Source of the DNA: Candidatus Bathyarchaeota archaeon
GTDB taxonomy: Archaea; Thermoproteota; Bathyarchaeia; Bathyarchaeales; Bathycorpusculaceae
Direction: 5' to 3'
DNA length: 64,000 nt
Assembly: GCA_963832745.1 (NCBI GenBank)
Contig: CAWHVC010000005.1
Span: forward strand, 416,001-480,000
Shown: piece by piece, positions 39,127-48,511 of the stretch
Position numbering within the stretch: position 1 is the stretch's first letter
Layout of the letters: each line of letters starts with the position of its first letter
Program-made: the position numbers and the translations under genes
Notes under the pieces: generated by a model
The model's database searches: none
The model's input: only the letters and a program-made list of their open reading frames with translations
Told to the model about the DNA's origin: nothing

Positions 39127-41661
39127 ATGAAAAAACATATATTATCCAAGTATGCCAAAACCAATTTCTTAGCAATTGCAATAATTCTGGTACTATCTAC
39201 ATCCTCAATGCTATCAATCATACCCTCCGTATCAGCGTATACTTCTGTACCCGACCGAGAAACCGGCACAACTGTTGGCATAAGTCCTACACACGTTGGC
39301 AAAGGACAACAAGTTATAATTCAAATCTTAACATACCCAGCACCAGCAGGACCAACAAACTATGCCCAAGACGTAACCGCAGGACTACTAGGCGGCTTTA
39401 GCAACATCACAGTATCAATCACCAAACCAGACGGTTCCACAGACACTTTCATGCCAGTTGACGAGACACTAAAAGCGGCAGGTGTAAACGTTCCAGGTCA
39501 AGCAGAAATTGTTGGCGCATTAATGTTCTATTATTACCCAGATCAAGTAGGTAACTACAGTGTAACGGCAAGTTTTCCAGGTAAAACATACACAACCGAC
39601 AACTCCTACAAAAGCCTCAACCTAAGCGTCTACTACAAACCCTCAAACACCAAACAAGCCACAACCTTCTCAGTACAAGAAGAACCAGTACTAGGAGGCA
39701 TACTCAACGGTTATCCATGGTCACCCTTGCCAGATAATTACTGGGAAAACCCCGTGCAAACAGACAACCGCGAATGGGCAGCAATTTCAGGCGACTGGGT
39801 ACAAGGCAACATTCTGGTTCAACAATACATCAGCTCATACAACGAATACAGCACAGCACCAAAAACAGACCACATACTCTGGGCTAACGAAGTAAGCATA
39901 GGCGGCATAATCGGCGGCGAATGGGGCAGTCTACCCTATGGCGGAGGAGGAGGAGACGCAAACATAATCTTGGAAGGAAAAATCTATCAAGCAAGCAGCA
40001 AAACCGGATACTTTGACTGCATTGACCAACTTACAGGCAAAACCTTATGGACAGCCCCAGGCAACCCAACACTTGCACACCGTTTAGACCCATTCTTCCA
40101 AACCGCTGCTCAAGCAAATGAAGGAGCAGTCAGCGTAGCCTTATGGCAAGCTTCAGGATCAAGCTGGAAAAAGTATGACCCATACGATGGCGATTTACTT
40201 CAGACAATCAATAACGCGCCCACAGACCTTGACACCGTTGCATTCAGTGATGGAAGCCCATACGTGATTATCACACAAAGCCCAGGAATAAACATGGGAG
40301 GTACAAACCCAGCTTTTAACAACACACGACCCTTAGGCTATGACTACACATACCTAATCAAGTGGGACATGAGCAAAGTCATTAACAACGACTGGAAAAC
40401 AGGCATAGTCTGGAATGTTTCAACAATAGATCCAACATTAGACATCTACAAAGGAGAGGTCAATGTTGGTGACAACGGCTTTTACGGTGTACGCGCTTTC
40501 CCCTTTGTCGGAGCTAACGTCATAATTGTAAGAACTCATAATGCAATGCAAATAATGGAAGGTTACGATTACACAACAGGCGAACGCCTATGGAGAAACA
40601 ACAACACAGTACTAGACATTGGAGTTAACGATGCAGACGGCGGAATAAACGGGCCACTAATAATGATTGACGGCGCCACTTCAGAATTTGTTGCTTACAA
40701 CGTTAAAACTGGCCAAGAGCAATGGCGGGCTTCTATGGGTGAAAAACCGTGGAGCATGATTCCAGACTACTGCTACGCCATCCATAATGATACATTCTAC
40801 ACTGGTAGCTATGACGGACATGTTTACGCATATAGCCTAGACGATGGCAAACTGGTTTGGCAAAGTGACTATTATGGAGATGAAGATGAATCACTGTACG
40901 GCACGCAACCATTCAACGGACGCATGGTTGGAGCAAACGGCATACTATACATTTCCACCGACACCGTTTACCAACTAATGCCAAGAACAAGATTCCACGC
41001 CTTAGTCGCAATAAACGAAACCACCGGCGAATTTCTCTGGAAACTGCCAATCGGCGCAAAACCCCGTTCAATAGCCAACGGTTACCTTGTGGCTACTGAT
41101 GGCGAAAACGGCATACAATACTGTATCGGCAAAGGCAAAACAGCAACATCCATAACGGCACCGACAACAGCGGTTGCTGCAGGAACAAGCGTACTAATTC
41201 AAGGAACAGTTCTTGATATGTCACCCGGAAACCCGGGCACTCCAGCAGTTTCAGATGCTGACATGAGCGAATGGATGGATTACCTGTATGGACAAAACGC
41301 AACAATGATAAATAGCCCGCCATCACCTGACGGAGTTCCAGTGAGGTTCCTTGCAATTGGTTCAGACGACAACCCTGTGTTGATTGGAACAGCAATGTCT
41401 GATTCAAGTGGTCAATACAGCTTCAAATGGACACCAACATCACCTGACATATACAAGATAACTGCAACCTTTGACGGCAGTGATTCATACTGGGGTTCAT
41501 GGGCAGAAACAGGATTAGCAATCGAAGCCGCGCCAGCAGGCACACCAACACAGACAGCATTAACAATGCCTCCATACGAAATGTACACTTTAGGTATGGG
41601 TATCGCCATCCTAATTGCAATAGCAGTCGTCGGCGTACTAATGCTTAGAAAAAGACCATAA
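39127..41661 (+). CDS. Secreted, C-terminally anchored PQQ-binding-like beta-propeller protein
   Basis: Signal peptide, Ig-like domains, repeated TG..LW propeller motifs (TGKTLW, TGERLW, TGQEQW, DGKLVW, TGEFLW), C-terminal TM + RKRP. Confidence 0.88.
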   Translation: MKKHILSKYAKTNFLAIAIILVLSTSSMLSIIPSVSAYTSVPDRETGTTVGISPTHVGKGQQVIIQILTYPAPAGPTNYAQDVTAGLLGGFSNITVSITKPDGSTDTFMPVDETLKAAGVNVPGQAEIVGALMFYYYPDQVGNYSVTASFPGKTYTTDNSYKSLNLSVYYKPSNTKQATTFSVQEEPVLGGILNGYPWSPLPDNYWENPVQTDNREWAAISGDWVQGNILVQQYISSYNEYSTAPKTDHILWANEVSIGGIIGGEWGSLPYGGGGGDANIILEGKIYQASSKTGYFDCIDQLTGKTLWTAPGNPTLAHRLDPFFQTAAQANEGAVSVALWQASGSSWKKYDPYDGDLLQTINNAPTDLDTVAFSDGSPYVIITQSPGINMGGTNPAFNNTRPLGYDYTYLIKWDMSKVINNDWKTGIVWNVSTIDPTLDIYKGEVNVGDNGFYGVRAFPFVGANVIIVRTHNAMQIMEGYDYTTGERLWRNNNTVLDIGVNDADGGINGPLIMIDGATSEFVAYNVKTGQEQWRASMGEKPWSMIPDYCYAIHNDTFYTGSYDGHVYAYSLDDGKLVWQSDYYGDEDESLYGTQPFNGRMVGANGILYISTDTVYQLMPRTRFHALVAINETTGEFLWKLPIGAKPRSIANGYLVATDGENGIQYCIGKGKTATSITAPTTAVAAGTSVLIQGTVLDMSPGNPGTPAVSDADMSEWMDYLYGQNATMINSPPSPDGVPVRFLAIGSDDNPVLIGTAMSDSSGQYSFKWTPTSPDIYKITATFDGSDSYWGSWAETGLAIEAAPAGTPTQTALTMPPYEMYTLGMGIAILIAIAVVGVLMLRKRP

Positions 41662-41666
41662 ACTCC

Positions 41667-41691
41667 AATCTTTTCCTTTTTATTTTTTTTA
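41667..41691 (+). terminator. Oligo-T archaeal terminator
   Basis: CTTTTCCTTTTTATTTTTTT immediately after the stop codon. Confidence 0.55.
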
Positions 41692-41822
41692 ACCAAAAAA
41701 TTATTGTTCGAGAAATTGGCGTTTTTTGATGGATTGATATTGAAGGAAGAATGAATCAATGCTTGTCATGTTTGCAATATTATCGTGTTTAGGCTCTCAA
41801 GCCATTAATGTAGGGTGTTGGT

Positions 41823-42488
41823 ATGCCTTTGCTTATCGGTGGAGTTGCTATGGCTGCTGGAATGTCACGCAACTTTAACGTTTACACGCCAGATGAACTT
41901 TCGGTCTTTGCTGAAAAGATGGCTAACGCGCCAGTCTATATCGAACACGTTACCGCAGAAAACGCAGCTGGAAAAGTAACCAAATGCAACTACGATGCGG
42001 CTAGCCGAAGTTTGCTCTATGAGGCAGAGATTTACGACCAAGCCATAGCAGACAAAGTACGAAACGGCCTAATCCAACACGTTAGCGTCGGTGCAGATTA
42101 TAACTCACTTGACGTCATCGATGCTAAGGTGCCTCATGGGCTTTTTAATCCAGAGTTATCCCTTGTTGCAGTCCCTGGTATCCCAGAAACCAACATAAAG
42201 GTATTAGAAAAAGTCGAAGACAAGCAACTAAAAGAGAAACTAACCCAAACAGAAGGCAAGCTGTCTGAAGTAGAAAAAACAATCGAAAACCTGCGCAAAC
42301 AAGTGCCCGGCGGCGACCTACTCAAAAATTCGCCTAAAATGATGCAGGTAACAGAACATGTCACCGTTCTTGAAGGCCTCCTTCCGCCACTTGTTGTTGA
42401 ATGGTCAAGTATGGGCATGCAAAGACAAGCCCAAGCCGTTCGCGCCGCACTCTTTAAGGCAAAAGAGCGGCTAGCCGGAGGCCCATAG
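41823..42488 (+). CDS. Viral prohead (capsid maturation) protease with coiled-coil scaffold tail
   Basis: GVAM..G.SRN...Y..EL, PVYIEH, HVSVG, ELSLVAVPG. Confidence 0.8.
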   Translation: MPLLIGGVAMAAGMSRNFNVYTPDELSVFAEKMANAPVYIEHVTAENAAGKVTKCNYDAASRSLLYEAEIYDQAIADKVRNGLIQHVSVGADYNSLDVIDAKVPHGLFNPELSLVAVPGIPETNIKVLEKVEDKQLKEKLTQTEGKLSEVEKTIENLRKQVPGGDLLKNSPKMMQVTEHVTVLEGLLPPLVVEWSSMGMQRQAQAVRAALFKAKERLAGGP

Positions 42489-42563
42489 TTTATGCTCACT
42501 TTTTGGGGCTAGTAAGCCAAGGACGAACTTGGCCCAACGCAAACAAGTTTTGGATTAAACTAA

Positions 42564-42820
42564 ATGACTGATAAAACAGACAAGCCTTGGATGGCTGCAG
42601 GAGAAACCGACGATCCAAACGCTATCATCGAGTCTTTTGAAGCTGCCAGAGGTGACCTCTGCACCGAACTAAACGTCGGACGCTATACCTACGCAAGGAC
42701 GGCGCCATAGGCTACTCACACCCAAACGGCACCCACGACGATGTCTTTTGGAGCGTTGCGCTTGCGGTATTTGCGACGGTGCAGATGGAGCCTGAACCCT
42801 TCTTAGCAGTCCTACACTAA
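42564..42820 (+). pseudogene. Deletion-fused viral remnants: head-gene N-terminus joined to a terminase large-subunit C-terminus
   Basis: MTDKTDKPWMAAGETDDPNAIIESFEAA then, after a frameshift, LRKDGAIGYSHPNGTHDDVFWSVALAVFA (HDD..ALA nuclease end). Confidence 0.6.
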
Positions 42821-43058
42821 CAGGTGGCGATCCGAAAGCCTCAGGTTTGGTCTTGTTAAAATCAGACATAATCGCGCTGGAACAACTAAAAGTCAAAGCT
42901 CAGATTTCACATAAAACCGTTGAATGGGTCTTAAATTCTCCACAACCTATAGGGAAGTTACGCTTTGACTTCCAATACCTGATTAGAGGTTTTTCTGTTA
43001 GACCGTTAACTACCAAAGCTTTTAGAGGGATAGCAAGCAATAGAGAGGTGACCCTCCA

Positions 43059-43196
43059 ATGAGTGCTAACGATTGGAAAACCGATAAATGCGTTAAGAAT
43101 TGGTTTGAGCTTATCGGTAATGAAAGAACAATCAAAAACTATAGCAATGACTTTCCCAAGGGTTCTGTCAAGTCTGCATCGGATGGGTATAAATGA
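43059..43196 (+). pseudogene. Truncated integrase-like N-terminal fragment
   Basis: SD GAGGTGA; MSANDWKTDKCVKNWFELIGNERTIKNYSNDFPK then an early stop. Confidence 0.4.
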
Positions 43197-43424
43197 ATCC
43201 CTTCTGTAAAAAATCATCGGATGTCGGGCGGGCTATCGGATTTCTGAACAAATTGATGTGCCTTCCTAAATTTTTGCTCTTAAATTAAGTAAAATAGAAA
43301 AATCCTGTTTTACTTAACCCTGATTATGCTATTTTTATTATTTTTTCGATAATATGTCACCTAAAAATATTGGCGATAGTGAGCTTATGCCTTTGCATAT
43401 TTGTTGTGTTATTAGCGGTTCTTA

Positions 43425-44090
43425 CTAATCATTACGTTTTAAACGTAAAACAGCCTCAATGATTGGTTGCAACATAAGAAAGCTAAATCCAATAAGTATG
43501 TAAGTCAATTTAGTTGTAATCTCATTAAATTTCCAATTAAAAGTATCTTGACTCCCTGTTATTTGCATAACTGGAAGGTCAGGTTCATCGTCATTCGGAT
43601 TTCCCGGTATTTCTACTGCACCACTAAACAAATCCTTCTTGGGAAGCAAAAAAGTGTAAACGTCTGAATCTACATGCCAAATAAGCGTTGCTGAACCTAC
43701 ATATGTTCCATCAGAAGCTTTTTTTAAGAAAATATAACCAGGTTGTTCTCTTATTGCAGAAGAATATTGAGGGCTAGATGAATCAAAAACTGACTTAAAA
43801 AAGCCTAATCTATCATAATAATCTAAAAGATTACTTGTGTTTACATGTGTTATGCATACCGATATTGTTATTGGATTTTCGGCGCTGAATGAACCCTTTG
43901 CTGATACATTATAGTCTATGTATGCTCTTAAGGGTGGTATGTCTCTGTTTGGTGATTTGAAATTTCTATTTTCTCCATATGGTGAATAGTAAATGTTTTC
44001 GGTACTTACAAAAAATATTGCGTAAATTATTGTAAATAGCCATATAATGAGGAGAGCGCTAGCAATGATTTGCCTTGAATCTTTTTTCAG
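43425..44090 (-). pseudogene. Membrane-anchored hypothetical protein with one frameshift (~43728)
   Basis: GGTGA SD + CTG start; N-terminal TM, continues in a second frame to a C-terminal TM. Confidence 0.55.
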
Positions 44091-44563
44091 GCTATGTTCA
44101 CCAATTTTTTACCTATTGGTATGTTTTTCTTTTTATGCTTTGCTTTAGAAAAATTTTTAATAAAATCGTTTTCAAATGGTGGGTTTGGTTAGGAGTGCCT
44201 GTGATGCGGTTGGCTTCTCCATTCTAGATGGTTTACAGGCTTCAATCGTTGAGAAGGAACAGACTTACCCCAAAAATTAGTTTCGACTACCACCGAGTAT
44301 TTCCTTTGTAATCATGTTCTTTTATTATGCTTGTGAAAATTAGAGTATTGTCAGCCGTTTGCCTACAGTACCTACAACGAAATAATCGCTGAAAACCATC
44401 CTCTCTGCATTCCTCACATATAATGAATACAAGTCTATCAGCATCGTTTATTCTGACTTTGCGACTACCTTTGTATTACGAAATTGCAAAAAACCGATAA
44501 GGCGCAGATGCTTTTGGTTGATTCTGAAATTTTTTATATTTGATCCGCTGATATGAGTCATGT

Positions 44564-45862
44564 TTGAGGGACAATAGATTGATTTTATTTTCAAGGTCTG
44601 CGTTAACAAAAATGATTGTGCTTTTAATTATGTCCATCATAGTCTGTGCAAGTTTGGTTTGTGTATATCTCCTGACAAAGCAATCTGATATTTTTCCCTC
44701 TATTTCCGATTCATCTTCCGAAACTCCAGTTGAGCTCCAAACTTGGGAAAAAGCATACTTTGGCTTCTCAGGTAACGATGTGACTAATGGGCTGTCTAAT
44801 CGTAGAGATGGTCGAGGCTATAGCATTATCCAATCTTCTGATGGTGGCTACGCAATGACTGGTTACGCAACTACTGATACAAGTTCAATGTGGGATATCT
44901 TATTAGTAAAAGTTGATTCCGAAGGAAACCTCCAATGGGAAAAAACTTATGGTTGCCCAAATGATGACTTCGGCTATTCTCTGATTCAATCGTCAGATAG
45001 CTGTTACGTTATAGCTGGATGGACAAATTCGCTCCGAGGGGTTGGCGGTCAAGTATATTTGATTAAAACTGATGCACAGGGAAACTTACTTTGGAATAAA
45101 ACTTATAATGGTCTTGTTGGAAATTCTATAGTAGAATCCTCAGACCACGGCTATGTAGTTGCCGGTTATACCTACTTACAAGAGACTGGCTATACAATTT
45201 ATCTTGTTAAAACTGATTCAAGCGGAAATGTTCAATGGACAAAAACGATAAAAGAAAATAACCTCAATGTTTTTGCTAATTGTATAATAAAATCATCAAA
45301 GGATGACAGCTATATTGTTGCGGGTTATACAAGCAATTCAACTCAAAAGGCATTGAATCCTTATTTAGCTAAGATTGATGGTTATGGAAACATTACGTGG
45401 AGTAAAAGATACACTGAAGCAGGTCACTTCCTCCTAAACTCTGTTGTTGAATCATCATCTGGTGATGGATATGTCTTGACGGGCGATTCTTCTTTAATCA
45501 AAACTGATGAGTTTGGAAAATTGTTATGGAACAAATCTTTGGGAAATGCCACTGAAATTCACGGGCACTCTATTGTTAGATCATCTGATGGTGGCTATCT
45601 CATAGCTGGCTACGCGACTGCACCACCTTTAGGACCCGTTAGTATTTATGGCGTCTACATGGTTAAGACTGATGAATCTGGGAATATCTTGTGGACAAAA
45701 ACATACGGGGGATGGGGGTATGATTTTTGTTATTCTGTAGTAAAAGCATTTGATGGCGGTTATGCTGCCGTCGGTTACACAACGTCTGACCCATACAGCA
45801 AAGGTGGCGAATCTTATGTTTATGTCGTTAAAACCGATGCGTCAGGTAACGTTCAATCTTAA
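44564..45862 (+). CDS. Membrane-anchored beta-propeller repeat protein
   Basis: About 7 repeats of W.KTYG....GYS..QSSDGGY..AG.T....YL.KTD..GN. Confidence 0.85.
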   Translation: MRDNRLILFSRSALTKMIVLLIMSIIVCASLVCVYLLTKQSDIFPSISDSSSETPVELQTWEKAYFGFSGNDVTNGLSNRRDGRGYSIIQSSDGGYAMTGYATTDTSSMWDILLVKVDSEGNLQWEKTYGCPNDDFGYSLIQSSDSCYVIAGWTNSLRGVGGQVYLIKTDAQGNLLWNKTYNGLVGNSIVESSDHGYVVAGYTYLQETGYTIYLVKTDSSGNVQWTKTIKENNLNVFANCIIKSSKDDSYIVAGYTSNSTQKALNPYLAKIDGYGNITWSKRYTEAGHFLLNSVVESSSGDGYVLTGDSSLIKTDEFGKLLWNKSLGNATEIHGHSIVRSSDGGYLIAGYATAPPLGPVSIYGVYMVKTDESGNILWTKTYGGWGYDFCYSVVKAFDGGYAAVGYTTSDPYSKGGESYVYVVKTDASGNVQS

Positions 45863-45939
45863 GGTATGTAATGAAGACCTAAGTTGAAGAGGTTTGAGTA
45901 TTCTTTATAGAGCATCATTTATTTTCCTATCAATTTCTT

Positions 45940-46233
45940 TTAAGTCACTGCTACTTTAGTGCGGTAATAATAGTCAACTATCCAGGTCTCGAAGCCTTTC
46001 TTACCTTTGTAGTCAGGGTCTTTGTGCCATATGCTTCTGTCTCTTGATTTCTTGATGAGTCCATAAGTACACATGCGCTCTAACACATCATACACACTTT
46101 TCTGTTCATCAACAGGTATTTTCGCTACTTCAATGAGTTGTTTAATTGAGAATGTCTCAGGTATGTCATCAAATTCATTAACTATTCTCTTGTCAATTAC
46201 TATCCTAAATGACTTATCACCGTTCTTTGTCAT
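45940..46233 (-). CDS. Small hypothetical, wHTH-like
   Basis: FSIKQLIEVA...VYDVLERMCTYGLIKK. Confidence 0.55.
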   Translation of the reverse strand: MTKNGDKSFRIVIDKRIVNEFDDIPETFSIKQLIEVAKIPVDEQKSVYDVLERMCTYGLIKKSRDRSIWHKDPDYKGKKGFETWIVDYYYRTKVAVT

Positions 46234-46689
46234 CTTTAATCTCCGACCCCGTGTCTACTCCATCGATTCTTAAGTTCATCGGTGAATTACCTCTACTAGA
46301 AGAGAGTTATCCATAGAAGCTCAAATATTCAGGTAGTTAAGAGTGGAAATATACCGATGAAACTATGAAAGAATGGATTTTTTGTTGTTTAGGCTTGGTG
46401 GCTGGGTGCATGTTAATTGAAAATAAGCGTTGTCGGGTTGTCGGAAAAATTCTGATGTAAGTTTGGATTATTTTGACGCGCACTTACTTTTTTCATTGTA
46501 TTTTCTATGTCTTGAGTCATTAGTTCATACTTAACTTGTGATTTTGATTCCGTTAGTGCCCGAGATAGTAGTCTTGTTACTGTTCTTCAATGAGGGTTTT
46601 TTAAATAGTATTATTTATTACAAAAATGCAAGCAAGAGTTACAAACGAGTCATCATATTAAAAGACTGGATGTTACTAAGCACTTTTTT

Positions 46690-46998
46690 ATGGCTTCAGG
46701 AAAAGGAATAGTGGGTCTAATAGTAACATTGGTTAGCATTTTCAGTCTCTTAGGTTACTTGTCGTATGCCACTGATATGATGCAGGGAGCTTCACGCTTA
46801 TCTCAAGGAGACCAAAACGCTCTCAACGATATGGCTAAGACTACAGTTGACTATGCAGTGGACGAATTATATTGGGGTTTAGGAATAGCTGTGGCAATAG
46901 CTATTTGCTCGGCTCTGGGTTTAGGTTTCTTGGTTAAAATCAAGGAAATTTTAGGTCCAACCTTAGAAGTTATTATTGAGGTGTCATTACCTACTTGA
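46690..46998 (+). CDS. Small two-TM hypothetical protein
   Basis: Two hydrophobic segments. Confidence 0.55.
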   Translation: MASGKGIVGLIVTLVSIFSLLGYLSYATDMMQGASRLSQGDQNALNDMAKTTVDYAVDELYWGLGIAVAIAICSALGLGFLVKIKEILGPTLEVIIEVSLPT

Positions 46999-47604
46999 CC
47001 AGAACACAACAATAGGAGCTTACCCGTATCCTATCCGTAAAATAACTAAAAACCAAAAATAAAGTGTAAGAGGTCTTCATAGTACGAACCTTTCTTTGTG
47101 TCATCATGATATCTGAAGGTCAAACTTTTTGTTCCAAAAGGACTTACTGGAAAACATCGCTATTTTGATTGCTAGTTTTATATTAGAATTATCGACTTTT
47201 GTTGCTTAGTATTTAGGAATTTTAAGGATTATTTTCTTCATTTCGAGAGGTTGGTCTCTTGTTCTATGCCACTTATGAGTCCACTTCCACTCTGTTGGTC
47301 TGGGGCAATGATTACCGCAAGATGTACAACAATCAGTTCTTATTTGCTCTAAGAGATTATCTAACTCAAAGCCGAAATATGAAACGCTCTTCTTTTCGCA
47401 GAACAGTATCTTCATACCTGTGGATAGTAATCCAACTGGTTCGAATATTGGAGACCATGAGGACCATACGGTGAACTATGTGAACCGCTTAGAAGAGAAC
47501 AATTGCCTAAAAACCGAAAGCGGTTTAACTGTAAAAACCCTAAATCAAAAAATAAATTCAGATATTAAGCGGTCACAGTGTATTTTCCCTATAGGGGGCT
47601 AACT

Positions 47605-47623
47605 AATCCCTCTGGGCGCGCTC
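47605..47623 (+). repeat. Degenerate attR-like copy of the tRNA-Arg 3' end
   Basis: AATCCCTCTGGGCGCGCTC vs AATCCCACCGGGCCCGCTC (37189-37207), 16/19. Confidence 0.55.
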
Positions 47624-47721
47624 CAACCAGTTCCAGTTTTCATCAATAGATTGTCATTTTTCTATATAGAATCAACAAACTATCAAGACATCATTAATTG
47701 GCAACGCAACCCAAATGACTT

Positions 47722-47943
47722 TTGGAGAGCAATGCAAAAATGAACAGAAACAAAACATTAACGTTTACTTGCCCAGGCTGCAAGGAAACATTCGAGTTTG
47801 ACCAAGTCGGCGAATACGAATTTGTCCCCTGCCCTATATGCGGCGCCAACTTTATGACTATCAAAAAAGACCACACTCTGATGTTGCAAGCCTTCAGGTT
47901 CACCCTGACCACTCCAATCGAAAACCCAGCAATAATAGCCTAA
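47722..47943 (+). CDS. LysW-like zinc-ribbon protein lacking the EDWGE tail
   Basis: CPGC...FVPCPICG. Confidence 0.7.
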   Translation: MESNAKMNRNKTLTFTCPGCKETFEFDQVGEYEFVPCPICGANFMTIKKDHTLMLQAFRFTLTTPIENPAIIA

Positions 47944-47956
47944 AGGTGACCCGCCC

Positions 47957-48112
47957 TTGAAGGTAAAATGTGTAAGTTGCGAAAACAAATTCGACGTGCA
48001 CCCAGAAATTTTTGACAACTATGAAGTAGTCTTCTGCCCCATCTGCGGTCTCGATCATCAAGTCGTCAAACAACAAAGGCAAGTACACGTAAAAGCATTA
48101 CAAATCGCTTAA
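47957..48112 (+). CDS. Second LysW-like zinc-ribbon microprotein (51 aa), lacking EDWGE
   Basis: SD AGGTGA + TTG; MKVKCVSCENKFDVHPEIFDNYEVVFCPICGLDHQVVKQQRQVHVKALQIA (missing from the ORF track). Confidence 0.72.
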   Translation: MKVKCVSCENKFDVHPEIFDNYEVVFCPICGLDHQVVKQQRQVHVKALQIA

Positions 48113-48511
48113 AATCATCCTTCAATTTTTTGTGCCATTATCTTCATAGACCATAACCATTCCAGGTTACATTTTTGCGGCCTGCAAAACCGACAAACGC
48201 AGCCATTGCCAAACATGCATTAAAAAACCCTGCTGACCCAGTCTTTCATACCAAAGAATAAATTTCAAACAAACCCTAATTTAGCCTTGTTTTCTTTGCC
48301 AACTGGACTTCGCAAAGCCCAAAAAGGTTTTTGCAACATTTAGCAAGTACTCTTCTCAAAAATCCTTTTTTTAGATTAAGCTATTGATGGGGGAATTGAA
48401 TAACGCTACAAAGGCAATAAAACTGCAAGCATGTTTTGTGGTTAATACACAAGAAGAGAGTTAGAGGGTGAACTGAAAATAGACTTCACATCGGCATTTG
48501 CACCATTAATA

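Larger units (their letters stand above)
37189..47623. mobile_element. Decayed provirus/genomic island inserted at the 3' end of tRNA-Arg
   Basis: Degenerate tRNA 3'-end repeat at 47605-47623 (16/19); prohead protease, terminase and integrase remnants; many pseudogenes. Confidence 0.6.

Noticed and set aside
47722-48112. Calling these genes lysW
   Set aside because: They lack the C-terminal EDWGE and any lysine/arginine pathway context.
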